From Bdellovibrionales bacterium (GTDB lineage: Bacteria > Bdellovibrionota > Bdellovibrionia > Bdellovibrionales > UBA1609): a stretch of 64,000 nt of DNA. Below, piece by piece: positions 38,483-48,071 of the stretch; the stretch's first letter is position 1, and every line of letters starts with the position of its first letter. The position numbers were made by a program, and so were the translations under genes. Under the pieces are notes generated by a model that saw nothing but the letters and a program-made list of their open reading frames with translations, was not told where the DNA came from and did not search any database. The DNA lies in NCBI GenBank assembly GCA_965203095.1, contig OZ241877.1, positions 896,001 to 960,000 of the forward strand, in the 5' to 3' direction.

Positions 38483-38983
38483 ATGAAACTGATTTTACAA
38501 AAAGATGTGAAAAACCTTGGCAAGGCCGGGGATCTGGCACAAGTCAAAAAAGGCTATGCAAGAAATTTCCTCATTCCTCAAAAAAAGGCTATTCTTATAA
38601 ACAAAAAAAATCTAAAGGTCTGGAAACATCAACAAACTATTATCCTGGCCTGCAAAAAAAAGGCTGTGACTGATCGCAAAGTTTTAATTGAAAAGCTCTC
38701 CTCCATAAAGCTGGATTTTGAAAAGGAAAGCCAAAAAGATGGCCGGCTGTTTGGTTCTGTGACGGCTCATGAAATTTCTCAAGCTTTAGAAAAAAGGCAT
38801 AAGCTCAGTGTGGATAAAAGGGATATATCCCCTTCTACATTAAAAAGCACTGGAGAGCATAAAGCCACTATTCAATTAGATTCGGAGCATAAAACAGACA
38901 TTAGTATTTATATCAAAGGCAAACAGGTAAAGGAAAAAGAGGCCCCCTCCACCCCTTCTCAAGAAGAAAATTTAGACAATTAA
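38483..38983 (+). CDS. rplI: 50S ribosomal protein L9
   Basis: MKLILQKDVKNLGKAGD..VKKGYARNFLIP; GRLFGSVT. Confidence 0.97.
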   Translation: MKLILQKDVKNLGKAGDLAQVKKGYARNFLIPQKKAILINKKNLKVWKHQQTIILACKKKAVTDRKVLIEKLSSIKLDFEKESQKDGRLFGSVTAHEISQALEKRHKLSVDKRDISPSTLKSTGEHKATIQLDSEHKTDISIYIKGKQVKEKEAPSTPSQEENLDN

Positions 38984-39075
38984 TGTTTTTATGTCTTTTC
39001 CGATCATCAAGTTTTAGCGGGCTTTAGAGGCTCTTTGGATAAAAAAGAGGAAGGGCAAATTGCAGGAGAGCTAAT

Positions 39076-40209
39076 ATGGATACTTTTTTCACCAGTGAGT
39101 CGGTTTCAGAAGGGCATCCGGACAAATTAGCCGATCAAATAAGCGATGGGCTTTTAGATGCTTTTTTAAAACAAGACAAGAACAGTCGTGTGGCCTGTGA
39201 AGTCTTTTTAGCTAAAGGCTCAATCATTATCTCTGGGGAAGTGGACAGCAAAGCCTCCGTTGACATTGCTCAAACAGCTAAAGACATTATCCAAGCTATT
39301 GGCTATGATTCTGTGGATAAAGGGCTGGATTACAATGCTTGTAAATTTAAAATTCTTTTAAGCCCTCAAAGTGAAAATATCCGAACAGCTATTGGTTCTG
39401 GCGAAAATCAAGGAGCAGGGGATCAAGGCATTATGTTTGGCTATGCGGTGGATGAAACAAAAACGGCTATGCCTTTAAGCATTCATCTGGCTCACGATCT
39501 GGTTAAAAGTCTCTCTCTATTAAGGAAACAGGGGCATAACTTCCTATGGCCGGATTCCAAAAGTCAGGTGACTGTTCGGTATCAAAACGGTGAAATTAAA
39601 GACATTTCTCATGTTTTAATATCCACACAACATGATCCTTCTTTCAGCTTAAAAAAATTAGAAGAGTTCATTCGTGAGGAGCTTATTAAAAAAAGCATTC
39701 CTGAAAAATACTTGACTGAAAAAACAAAAATTATTGTCAACCCCGGAGGGATGTTCTCCTTGGGCGGGCCAGAGGCAGACTGTGGTCTCACTGGGCGAAA
39801 AATCATTGTGGACAGTTATGGAGGGCATGGTGCACATGGTGGGGGGGCTTTTTCCGGAAAAGATCCCTCCAAAGTGGATCGTTCTGGTGCTTATGTGGCT
39901 CGGCATATTGCTAAAAACATTGTCAAAGCCGGCTGGGCTAAAAAGTGCTTGATCCAACTGTCCTATGCTATAGGGCAAGCAGAACCTCTCAGTATTTGGA
40001 TTCAGCCTTTTAAGACTTCTGCCCTCAGCCGGGAGGAGATGGAAAAACAGATCACTGATCTTTGGGACCTCAAACCTTCTTCTATTATCAAAAGTTTAGA
40101 TCTTCTTAAGCGATCCTATTTGAAAACAGCATGTTATGGGCATTTTGGCCGGGAAGAGGAAAATTTTACTTGGGAAAGAACAGACAAAATAAAAGACTTA
40201 AACAAATAG
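39076..40209 (+). CDS. metK: S-adenosylmethionine synthetase
   Basis: FTSESVSEGHPDK, GAGDQG, GGGAFSGKD, YGHFGR. Confidence 0.98.
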   Translation: MDTFFTSESVSEGHPDKLADQISDGLLDAFLKQDKNSRVACEVFLAKGSIIISGEVDSKASVDIAQTAKDIIQAIGYDSVDKGLDYNACKFKILLSPQSENIRTAIGSGENQGAGDQGIMFGYAVDETKTAMPLSIHLAHDLVKSLSLLRKQGHNFLWPDSKSQVTVRYQNGEIKDISHVLISTQHDPSFSLKKLEEFIREELIKKSIPEKYLTEKTKIIVNPGGMFSLGGPEADCGLTGRKIIVDSYGGHGAHGGGAFSGKDPSKVDRSGAYVARHIAKNIVKAGWAKKCLIQLSYAIGQAEPLSIWIQPFKTSALSREEMEKQITDLWDLKPSSIIKSLDLLKRSYLKTACYGHFGREEENFTWERTDKIKDLNK

Positions 40210-40509
40210 TTATTTTTTATTTAAACTTTTGTTAAATAAACCCACTTTAAACCAAAGTCGCTTTTTAGCTTTAACCTTAAACCTCTTTTGTGTTCTGGGA
40301 TCCGTCCCCGTATAGGCTTTATACTTTTTTAAACCAAAGGATGCAAAATTCCTCAGCTGAACCCTCTGGCCTCGTAAAATGGCTTGAGCTATCTCTTGAA
40401 AAACAGTGTCCACCAAAAGAGAAGCTGTTTTGATAGTCAAATTCTTTTTCTTAGCTATTTCATAAACTATATCTTGTTTGGTTTTGAATTTTTTGGTAAT
40501 CTTTCTCAT
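40210..40509 (-). CDS. HU/IHF family DNA-binding protein (IHF-beta-like, divergent)
   Basis: TKQDIV..IA, RVQLRNFASF, Y.G..P.T...V.AK...FK.G; start at ATG 40509. Confidence 0.85.
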   Translation of the reverse strand: MRKITKKFKTKQDIVYEIAKKKNLTIKTASLLVDTVFQEIAQAILRGQRVQLRNFASFGLKKYKAYTGTDPRTQKRFKVKAKKRLWFKVGLFNKSLNKK

Positions 40510-40583
40510 ATTACAGACCTCAAATTTAAAGGGCAACTCTCTTCATCCTTTACAAAATAAACAACATTTTTGTCAAGCTCAAA

Positions 40584-42260
40584 TTACATTAATTTGTAAT
40601 TAGGGCCACTTCCTCTCTCTTTAGGAGTCCATTTAGGGCCTAAAATGTCCGTGGCTTTGCAGTCTATACAGTTAGTGGGGGAAAGGCTTAACTCGCCTTC
40701 TTGTTTATAGACCCCGGCAGGGCACATTCTTTCATAAAAATGAGCCACTTCTAATGGTAAATCATGTCCCACAATTAAATGAGAGGGGATTTTGTCCCTA
40801 GTGCGATTCCCGGAAAGATAAACTATAGAGGATTTATCAGAGCTGGCTGAAGGAGGCCATTTTATTTTTTTCTTCACTTCACTGTCTGTTTTTAGTTGGG
40901 ACTTTTTAAAATTTTTAGGCCAGCGACCTTTTGTAAAAGTAATAAGACCCGCCCAGAGGAGCCCTAAAAATAGACCTTTTTGAAAAGACTGCCTTAAATT
41001 CCGAGATTTATAGAGATCTTTAAATATAAAACTGTTTTTTATTCTCTGATCATAATCTTTTAAACTTTCTGCTGAAAAATCTCTCTCTTTAAAAGCTTTA
41101 AAAAGAGTTTCAGCTGAATAATATCCTGAAGCCATAGCGTAGTGAATCCCTTTTAAAGAAGCCATATCCACAAAGCCTGCACTGTCGCCTAAAATCAAAA
41201 GCCCATCTCCGGAAATCCGGTGAGGGACAGCCTGCCAACCTCCTTCTGGAATAGTTTTTGCTCCCCATTCCACACATTTTCCGCCTTCAAGATATTTTTT
41301 AAATAAAGGATGCGTTTTTATCTTTTGCAGTTCATCTTGAACAGATAAATCCCCTGAGGGGGAATCTAAGCCCGCAACCAAACCCAATGAGATAAGTCCC
41401 TCCCCTAAAGGATAAAGCCAACTGCCTCCAAAAGTGTGGTGAGGGAGTGGCCAACCTATGCTATGAACAATTTTTTCCGGATCTTTTGGTGTTTGCCAAA
41501 TCTCCTTTACCCCTAAGGCATAAGTTTGAGGGTATAAACTCTGAATGTTTTGGCTCGAAAGATAGGCTTGACTGAGATGCCCCCGGCTCCCTTCAGCTAA
41601 AACAACCACTTTAGCAAAAATTTTATTGGGAGGATTAAAGTCCGCCTCTTTGGATCCGTCTTTGTTTCTGCCATATTCTTTAGACAAAACCCCTTTCACC
41701 TTGTTTTTATCCATTAAAAGTTTATCTGCCGGAAAAGAAGTGAAAATGTGCACACCCCTCAACTCAGCCTCTCGTGCTAAAAAACGAACTATCTCACAAA
41801 GAGAAGCTGTCCAATGACCCTGGTTTTTCATCCCCGGCGGAACAGGGAGAGGAAAAAACCGGTGCGAACTAAGATAATAAAAAGATTCTTTTTTGACTTC
41901 TTTTCTAAAAGGAAAATCCTTTATTTTTTTATCGGGAAAAAGCCAATGAAAAACCAAAGGATGAACTACAGCTCCGGAAAGGCTGTGCCCACCAATTTGA
42001 TCAGCCTTTTCCATAATGCCTATTTCTATATGGCATTTTTGACTTTTAGATAGATGGGCTAAATGAATGGCGGATGAGAGGCTGGCCGGGCCGGCCCCTA
42101 CAAATAAAACATCTAATTCTATAGAGTTTTCTTTAGACACTTCCCCTACAGGGGCAATAAAATCTTTAATGTTTATATTGGCTTGATAATCTGAAGGCCG
42201 GAAAACTTTCGAAATTTTCTTCTCCATTGGCCGGCGATAGAGAAATTTTAAAAAACTCAT
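40584..42260 (-). CDS. Electron transfer flavoprotein-ubiquinone oxidoreductase (FixC-like with C-terminal Fe-S segment)
   Basis: DVLFVGAGPA FAD motif, GGHSLSGA, GAKTIPEGG, KGIHYAM, CPAGVY...CIDCK. Confidence 0.92.
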   Translation of the reverse strand: MSFLKFLYRRPMEKKISKVFRPSDYQANINIKDFIAPVGEVSKENSIELDVLFVGAGPASLSSAIHLAHLSKSQKCHIEIGIMEKADQIGGHSLSGAVVHPLVFHWLFPDKKIKDFPFRKEVKKESFYYLSSHRFFPLPVPPGMKNQGHWTASLCEIVRFLAREAELRGVHIFTSFPADKLLMDKNKVKGVLSKEYGRNKDGSKEADFNPPNKIFAKVVVLAEGSRGHLSQAYLSSQNIQSLYPQTYALGVKEIWQTPKDPEKIVHSIGWPLPHHTFGGSWLYPLGEGLISLGLVAGLDSPSGDLSVQDELQKIKTHPLFKKYLEGGKCVEWGAKTIPEGGWQAVPHRISGDGLLILGDSAGFVDMASLKGIHYAMASGYYSAETLFKAFKERDFSAESLKDYDQRIKNSFIFKDLYKSRNLRQSFQKGLFLGLLWAGLITFTKGRWPKNFKKSQLKTDSEVKKKIKWPPSASSDKSSIVYLSGNRTRDKIPSHLIVGHDLPLEVAHFYERMCPAGVYKQEGELSLSPTNCIDCKATDILGPKWTPKERGSGPNYKLM

Positions 42261-42317
42261 AACTGTTTTAGCTTATGTAAAAAAAGAGTGTTTGTCCAAT
42301 AAAGAAATTTTTTAAAG

Positions 42318-43331
42318 CTATTTCTTTATTGGACTCTTTACAACCGGTGGAATATGTTTTTTTGAGGTGAGGCAATCTTCCCTTTCAAGAAACAAAAGCT
42401 TATATATGAAATACAAATTACCAAAAGGGATCCAAAGCCACAAACTCCACCAAACTGATTGATTTAAGCTTTTCAACCTTTGAATGCAAATGCGAAAGAG
42501 AATGAGAAACAGTGCAAAAGAGATTATCATAAAATCATAAAAAACTCCTCTTTCTTGAAGAACACCTCTGACAACAATGAGACTTAGCAAACACACTGTC
42601 GACAAAGCCATATAGGACAGGCTCAAATCGCTGTCTTCCGACAAAGATTGTTGGTCTTCTTTAGGCGATGATCCCTTTAAAGCTTTTTTTGACAGTTTTT
42701 TAGGATTCTCCTCTTCAATGGGCAGGCTACCTAAAGTTCTTTTGAAAATCCACCATTTCAACCTTATATGGTTTCTAAAAATCCGAAAGCTCAATTTAGA
42801 TATGCTTCTCATCCGCCGAGGATAAACCAAAAATAAAAACATAATAAAAAGTAAAATGATCTTTAATATATGAATAATGAATTGGATGACTGTGAGTTTT
42901 AGAATTTCTAACTGCCCTGTGGTCAAAAAGAAAAACAAAATCCAGAAAAAAACTAAGAGAGCAAAAAGCCATCGAAAACCAGATCGACTTAAAGGCTTTT
43001 TCAGCTGAAAATCAGGATTTAAAAAAACATGCCCCAAGGCAAAACAAAAAAAACAAAAAGCAGTTAAGAGCACAAGGTTTTGTGTTGAAAGATAAGTTAA
43101 GACTCGCCAACCATCCCAATAGACAAACGAAAGAAAAAGGATAAAGATAGCCCCTAAGGACAAAACGGAAATTACTGTTTTGTCCTTAATCTTTTCTTTT
43201 ATTTTTAAAAAAACAGAGGATTTTAAAGTGGATTTTGCTTTTTTTGATTTTTTTTGATTTTTTTGTTTTGTAGACAATTGAAAAACTTTCCTTAAAAAAT
43301 TTATGCCACTCCGCCCTATTAAGCCCACCAT
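42318..43331 (-). CDS. Membrane protein with a C-terminal DUF805-like segment
   Basis: Multiple TM segments; ICIQRLKSLNQSVWW.L...IPFGNLY resembles the DUF805 RRLHD.G.SGW motif. Confidence 0.65.
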   Translation of the reverse strand: MVGLIGRSGINFLRKVFQLSTKQKNQKKSKKAKSTLKSSVFLKIKEKIKDKTVISVLSLGAIFILFLSFVYWDGWRVLTYLSTQNLVLLTAFCFFCFALGHVFLNPDFQLKKPLSRSGFRWLFALLVFFWILFFFLTTGQLEILKLTVIQFIIHILKIILLFIMFLFLVYPRRMRSISKLSFRIFRNHIRLKWWIFKRTLGSLPIEEENPKKLSKKALKGSSPKEDQQSLSEDSDLSLSYMALSTVCLLSLIVVRGVLQERGVFYDFMIISFALFLILFRICIQRLKSLNQSVWWSLWLWIPFGNLYFIYKLLFLEREDCLTSKKHIPPVVKSPIKK

Positions 43332-43920
43332 TAAGGCAAGGAGGCAATTAAGCCTTCACAAAGTAAAGGATTTAATAAAAAACATGAAAATAAAGCCAGA
43401 GCAAAGGGAGGGTCAACTCTTTTCTTCACAAGAAGAAATCATTTCTTTTTGTTTTTTGTTCATTTTTTGTAAAAAATCTAACCATTTTAACAAGATGAAA
43501 GATACAAACTCTTCCAGCTTTAAAACGGTCATTTTGACCCATTTCAAATAAAGCAGGGTGAACCATTTTCTAACCATATTTTTTTTAAATAATCTATATC
43601 TCATAAACCCATCATCAAAAAGTGGGGTAAAGCTTTCCTACAGGGGCAGAATAACAAATTTTTCCGAAAAAGAAAATTTTTTTTAGAAAAAACTTCATTT
43701 TCATAAGCTAAAAAGGCTCTTTACCACATAAAAAGCCTGTTTTATGGGTTTTTAAGGCTTTTTTATGCCATAAAGGATTTTTTTCTACAGTTTTTTAGCC
43801 TTTCTGACGATAAGGTATTATAATGATTGTCTTAGTGCTTTTTCTTTTTTTTTTGCCTCTTTCGCCTTTCCTGAAGAGGCAAGAATCCCTAAAGCCTCTT
43901 TAAGCAAGTCCAGCCTTCAA

Positions 43921-46900
43921 GTGGCAGGGCAAACTCAAAAAACTCTTACAAAAAGTCTTAGCCAGTATATCGCAAAAGCAAGATCGGGGCACTTCAGCCA
44001 TTCGGTTTTTAATCCAAAGAAAGATCTTTATATCGCAAAAGCTCTTAAGCCAAAATTAGAAAAAAAGCTTTATGCTCAGGCAGAAAATCCTCCTGGCAGT
44101 TCACCTTTTTTTGAAAAAAGACTTCATCACAGGAGCCAAAGGGCAGAAAATCCTCCTCCCCCCTGCCACATCAACAGAAAATGTTTGAACCAGTTGCACA
44201 ATAAGCTCTTAAACAAGAAGGATGAAGATGGCATACATTTTAACTGCCAATGGGCTTATAAGAACAATCATCTCTGTTGTAAGGACCCTACGGGCTGTTT
44301 CCTCTCTTATGCTACAGATGAGATTAAAGAGGAGTTAGATGATAAGCTCAAGACTCTTGCTGTATCTCAAGCTTGCTCTCAGGAGGGGATTTCTTCTTTA
44401 AACTCTTTTTTGTCTGACTTTCAGGGGGATTTTTGCGAAAAGGGAGTTCGGCATTGTAAAGAGTTTTGTGAGCATACACTTAAGGGGGGATTAAAGAGTT
44501 CTGCGGGAGGAGGTTTTGTGGGCGAAGGTTATCAGCCCTCTGTTTCAAATTTTCCTCTAAACTCCTCTTTTCCTGATGAAGGAAAAGGCTTGCTGGAAGA
44601 GGACAAAAAGGATTTGAGCAAAAGAGAGCTTTCTTCCATAAAGACTCCTTCACTAAAAGAACCTTTACTTAAAAGCCCAGAAAGTTCTATTTCAAAAAAA
44701 GCTTTATCTTCAAAAGCAATGTTGGGAAAGAATAAAGCAAAGCCTCCATTAAAGCCACAGTCAGCAAAAAATCCTATTTTTCCTCAAACTGAGTCTTCAT
44801 CAGGTCGTTTTTCAAAAGGCTTTTCCGGTAATAGAGAGGGAATCTACCCTCATAGCCCCTTTTTTATTGAAGAATCAGGCCCCTCCTCTCACAAAGGGAA
44901 GGCCACTGAGGATAAACTTCCAAAAAGTTTTTTAGAAAAAGCTTGGTCTAAGACAAAAAAAATATTTTCTTCTGCCTTTAAGTGGTGGAAATTTGAGGGA
45001 AAAGAGGATTTAAAATCCGCTTGGTTTTCTTTAAAGGGAGGAGGTCCGCAGGTAGTCTATCAAAGCTTGTTTCAAAGTGTAGAAGCCCCTCAATTAGAGC
45101 CTATATTTGTTCAAGAACTGCAAAGTGAACATAAAAAGCCTGTCTTTAAAAGTTATGATTTGGTGAGGGGAAAACCTGCTGGAGTTTTGATTCGGGTAGA
45201 ATACAAAAAGCCAGAGCTTTGCCTTCGCTTGCGTAGCCCTAAAAACTGTTGGAAAAGGGGCCTTTCCTTCCAACTCAAACTACAGGTAAAAAACCAAGTG
45301 ATTCCCATTCGTTGCCTTTCCTTGGATGTGAGAGAGCCTTTAAAAATACCTTCAAGGCCGATGTCAGAACAGGAATGCTTTTTTAAGAGTGATGATTTTT
45401 TCCCACCGGAGATTTTTTCTAAAATTCCAACTGAAAGTTCTTCTGTCTATAAATTTATTGAATTTCCCACAGAGTCTATAGAGCCTGTGGATTTAAAGAA
45501 ATATATTGACAGGATAGAAACCAGCAATACGGGATACACTTACCATAATTTGCTTTCTTCCTTGGGTTTTAGTGATCGGGTGGTGAAGGATATAGATAGT
45601 GAAAACTCACATGTCCCTATCCGCATAAACATTGTGGATCATGGTAATGAAAAAATGGTTCCTAATCTTTCGGTTTTAAAGTCTAAAGTCCCTTGGGAAG
45701 AGGGTTTAGGGAATTGTGAGAGAAATGTTGAGGATTATTTTAAGGCAAAACTTTCGTCTGCAAATATTTTTTGCGTAAATGTTTTGGAGCTTTGGCCATT
45801 GAATTTGGGCTGGACAAGGATTAAAGGATCGGAAGGAGCAAGCGATATTGCGGGGTTTAAAAAAGGGACTGAGGAGGCTTTGAGAATTAAAATGGCGGAG
45901 GCGGATAAGAAAAGATGTATTTTGAGCAATGAGGAAGCCGAAGCAAATGCCAAAATCCCAGGCTGGGGGGAAAGCAGTAAAAATGGTTATAAAGCAATAG
46001 ATTTAGAGAAAGTCCGAGACTTTGCCTCTTCAGAAGAGATGAAAAATTTTGTGCCCACAGTATTTCCCATTTCAAAAATCAGCTCAGAGGTTTTGATAAC
46101 TACAGGAGGGCAGAATTTTATCCCTGGAAGTTGTGACATAGCTAAAATTGTTCCAGATTATTTAGCTTTCAAGCAGGAGGCAGTCCAATCTCCGGGCTAT
46201 CCTCCGAATACTTATACCAATCCTGATCTTTACCATCGTTATCAAACAAAAGGTCTCTTAGAGGATCTTCAAACTTTGGAGTTCGAGAGGGTGAGAGGAG
46301 ATTTTAGCAAGTTATTTGTGGTGGTTCCGAGGGATTATTTTATCTATCATGGCATTCAAAGGGAAGAACCAGATGATCCGGAGATTTATGGTTGGACCCC
46401 GCTCCCAAAGTTTTTCCAAACGACTGGGGTATATTTATCTGAATTTGATTGGGGTTTTTTGGGAGGGATTGCTTTTGTCCGGGAAGATCAGGTGGGTAAA
46501 GGGGCCTTAAGCCATGAATTGGCTCATCTTTTAGGCCAGAGAAGGGATTTTTATGATCAAGAGCAAAAGTGCCAATGGTTTTCCGGTCATTCCTGGAGAT
46601 CTTGTAAAAAATACGAAATCCCTATAGCTTTAGATTCTTGGATTGAAAATGATCAAAGGCATTGGAGATTTATAAAAAAAAGATTAAGCCTTATGGGAAA
46701 TAATTCCGATCTTGAAGAGTTTAATGTCGAAAAACCTGATTTTGAAGAATCTGATGCTAAAAAGTTTTTAAAAAAAATATGGATGGATCGGGAAACACAC
46801 CAGAGGGTATTTTCGGCTTTAGCCAAGATCAACTCTGTCCTTTATGATTCTAAGAAAGCCAAAACTCCACTACTCAGAGAAATGCTTCGCTCAAAAAAAC

Positions 46901-47313
46901 TTCTAATTTCTGGTTTTTATAATAAAGAGAAGAAAGAGTTTGTAGTCCCTCAAATGAGGCTTTGGGAAACAGACTGGGTGACTTCCTCTTGGTCTGATCC
47001 TCGTCCTCATAGTATTTTAATGAATCCTAAAAGGGAGGTAAATGGCGTTCCTTTAGTGCTTTTCCAGTTAAGAGGCAAAAAGGGCCAGGCCATTCAATCC
47101 ATTTATCGGCCTGTTTTTGATATAGAGTCAGGCTTTCTGTATGAGGGGAAGGATAGGGAATGTGGTTCTGAGCCTTTTGAGTTTTCCATGGTTTCTGCGG
47201 TTTTTAATTTGTCCAATGCGTTTGAGAGAGGTCATGACTTAAAAGATTTGCGGGTGCTGTTGATCAATCCTGATGGGGAGGAAATTTTTTCCTCTCCCTT
47301 GCCTGAGGATTGA
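43921..47313 (+). CDS. Large putative secreted zinc metallopeptidase-like protein (true start may be ATG 43823 via a poly-T frameshift)
   Basis: 1130-aa ORF; Cys-rich N-terminal domain, low-complexity linker, SHELAHLLG (HExxH at 46513-46527). Confidence 0.7.
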   Translation: MAGQTQKTLTKSLSQYIAKARSGHFSHSVFNPKKDLYIAKALKPKLEKKLYAQAENPPGSSPFFEKRLHHRSQRAENPPPPCHINRKCLNQLHNKLLNKKDEDGIHFNCQWAYKNNHLCCKDPTGCFLSYATDEIKEELDDKLKTLAVSQACSQEGISSLNSFLSDFQGDFCEKGVRHCKEFCEHTLKGGLKSSAGGGFVGEGYQPSVSNFPLNSSFPDEGKGLLEEDKKDLSKRELSSIKTPSLKEPLLKSPESSISKKALSSKAMLGKNKAKPPLKPQSAKNPIFPQTESSSGRFSKGFSGNREGIYPHSPFFIEESGPSSHKGKATEDKLPKSFLEKAWSKTKKIFSSAFKWWKFEGKEDLKSAWFSLKGGGPQVVYQSLFQSVEAPQLEPIFVQELQSEHKKPVFKSYDLVRGKPAGVLIRVEYKKPELCLRLRSPKNCWKRGLSFQLKLQVKNQVIPIRCLSLDVREPLKIPSRPMSEQECFFKSDDFFPPEIFSKIPTESSSVYKFIEFPTESIEPVDLKKYIDRIETSNTGYTYHNLLSSLGFSDRVVKDIDSENSHVPIRINIVDHGNEKMVPNLSVLKSKVPWEEGLGNCERNVEDYFKAKLSSANIFCVNVLELWPLNLGWTRIKGSEGASDIAGFKKGTEEALRIKMAEADKKRCILSNEEAEANAKIPGWGESSKNGYKAIDLEKVRDFASSEEMKNFVPTVFPISKISSEVLITTGGQNFIPGSCDIAKIVPDYLAFKQEAVQSPGYPPNTYTNPDLYHRYQTKGLLEDLQTLEFERVRGDFSKLFVVVPRDYFIYHGIQREEPDDPEIYGWTPLPKFFQTTGVYLSEFDWGFLGGIAFVREDQVGKGALSHELAHLLGQRRDFYDQEQKCQWFSGHSWRSCKKYEIPIALDSWIENDQRHWRFIKKRLSLMGNNSDLEEFNVEKPDFEESDAKKFLKKIWMDRETHQRVFSALAKINSVLYDSKKAKTPLLREMLRSKKLLISGFYNKEKKEFVVPQMRLWETDWVTSSWSDPRPHSILMNPKREVNGVPLVLFQLRGKKGQAIQSIYRPVFDIESGFLYEGKDRECGSEPFEFSMVSAVFNLSNAFERGHDLKDLRVLLINPDGEEIFSSPLPED

Positions 47314-47338
47314 CAAAATTGGAGGAATAGTTTATAGT
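47310..47338 (+). promoter_or_regulatory. sigma70-type promoter just upstream of paralog 1
   Basis: TTGACA-17nt-TATAGT; ATG lies 10 nt after the -10 box. Confidence 0.55.
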
Positions 47339-47348
47339 TTTTGACATT

Positions 47349-47966
47349 ATGAGAATTGTTTTGGGCTTTTGTTTTTTATTTTTGAGTTTAAATGCTATGG
47401 CCTGGAAGTGGCTTTGGGAGAGGGAAGATCCGGGCCCCCTTCGTGAGATTGTGCTTTCTGGTTATTACTATGCTGAAGATGAAATGGAGTTAGAAAAATC
47501 GGAGAAGGAATATCGTAGATGGGGTTGGTTGGAAGAAGATGAATCGTTAAAAGACAAAGATCCTCACACAAAAATAGGGAAAGAGCGTTTTGTGAGCTTA
47601 AGAATTAGCTATTGCCATAAAAAGACCCGTCCTGAAGAAAGAGACAAGTTTATTGTGGATCCAAAATTAAGAAACCCGAAATTAGAAACTCCAAAATTAA
47701 GGGCAAGACTTTATGATGAAGAATGGAATTTTTTAACAGAGGATAATTTGTGGAGTTATGAGTATGAAACAGGCGCCAACTTTGGTTGGGGGGTGGAATC
47801 TTATATTCCCTATCATCCGGCGGCTTTTTATTTGAGAGTTGTAAGGCTTGTTGAAGATAAGGAGGTAGTTTTGAGAGAAATAAGAATTAGCAACTTAGAG
47901 TGGTTGCAAAGTGGAGGCAGTAGCTATACATACAGAAATCGTTCCGACTGCTATCGTGCTCCTTAA
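47349..47966 (+). CDS. Secreted hypothetical protein, paralog 1
   Basis: Signal peptide (…LNAMA); GPLREIVLSGYY, LRARLYD.EWN.LTED, PYHP.A.YLR.VRLVEDKE and SGGSSY shared with 48072-48668. Confidence 0.85.
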   Translation: MRIVLGFCFLFLSLNAMAWKWLWEREDPGPLREIVLSGYYYAEDEMELEKSEKEYRRWGWLEEDESLKDKDPHTKIGKERFVSLRISYCHKKTRPEERDKFIVDPKLRNPKLETPKLRARLYDEEWNFLTEDNLWSYEYETGANFGWGVESYIPYHPAAFYLRVVRLVEDKEVVLREIRISNLEWLQSGGSSYTYRNRSDCYRAP

Positions 47967-48034
47967 GATGTTTTTTTATTCCTTCCGCCTCTAACTGAAG
48001 TAAGATTGGACTTTTCCTCTCCACTCCCTTTAGA

Positions 48035-48063
48035 TTGACAAAATCCCATAAAAATTATAGGTT
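48035..48063 (+). promoter_or_regulatory. sigma70-type promoter upstream of paralog 2
   Basis: TTGACA-17nt-TAGGTT; same GATTGACAAAA...TTATAG.TTT..ACATTATG context as paralog 1. Confidence 0.45.
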
Positions 48064-48071
48064 TTAACATT

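Noticed and set aside
38984..39075. SAM riboswitch before metK
   Set aside because: No SAM-I/II core motifs recognisable in the 92-nt gap
27938..39320. Isolated DnaA-box matches (27938, 38809, 39312)
   Set aside because: Scattered within coding sequences and not clustered, so no oriC call despite parAB being nearby
43413..43604. 63-aa minus-strand ORF and overlapping 82-aa plus-strand ORF
   Set aside because: Low-complexity AT-rich region with no motif support; cannot be distinguished from chance
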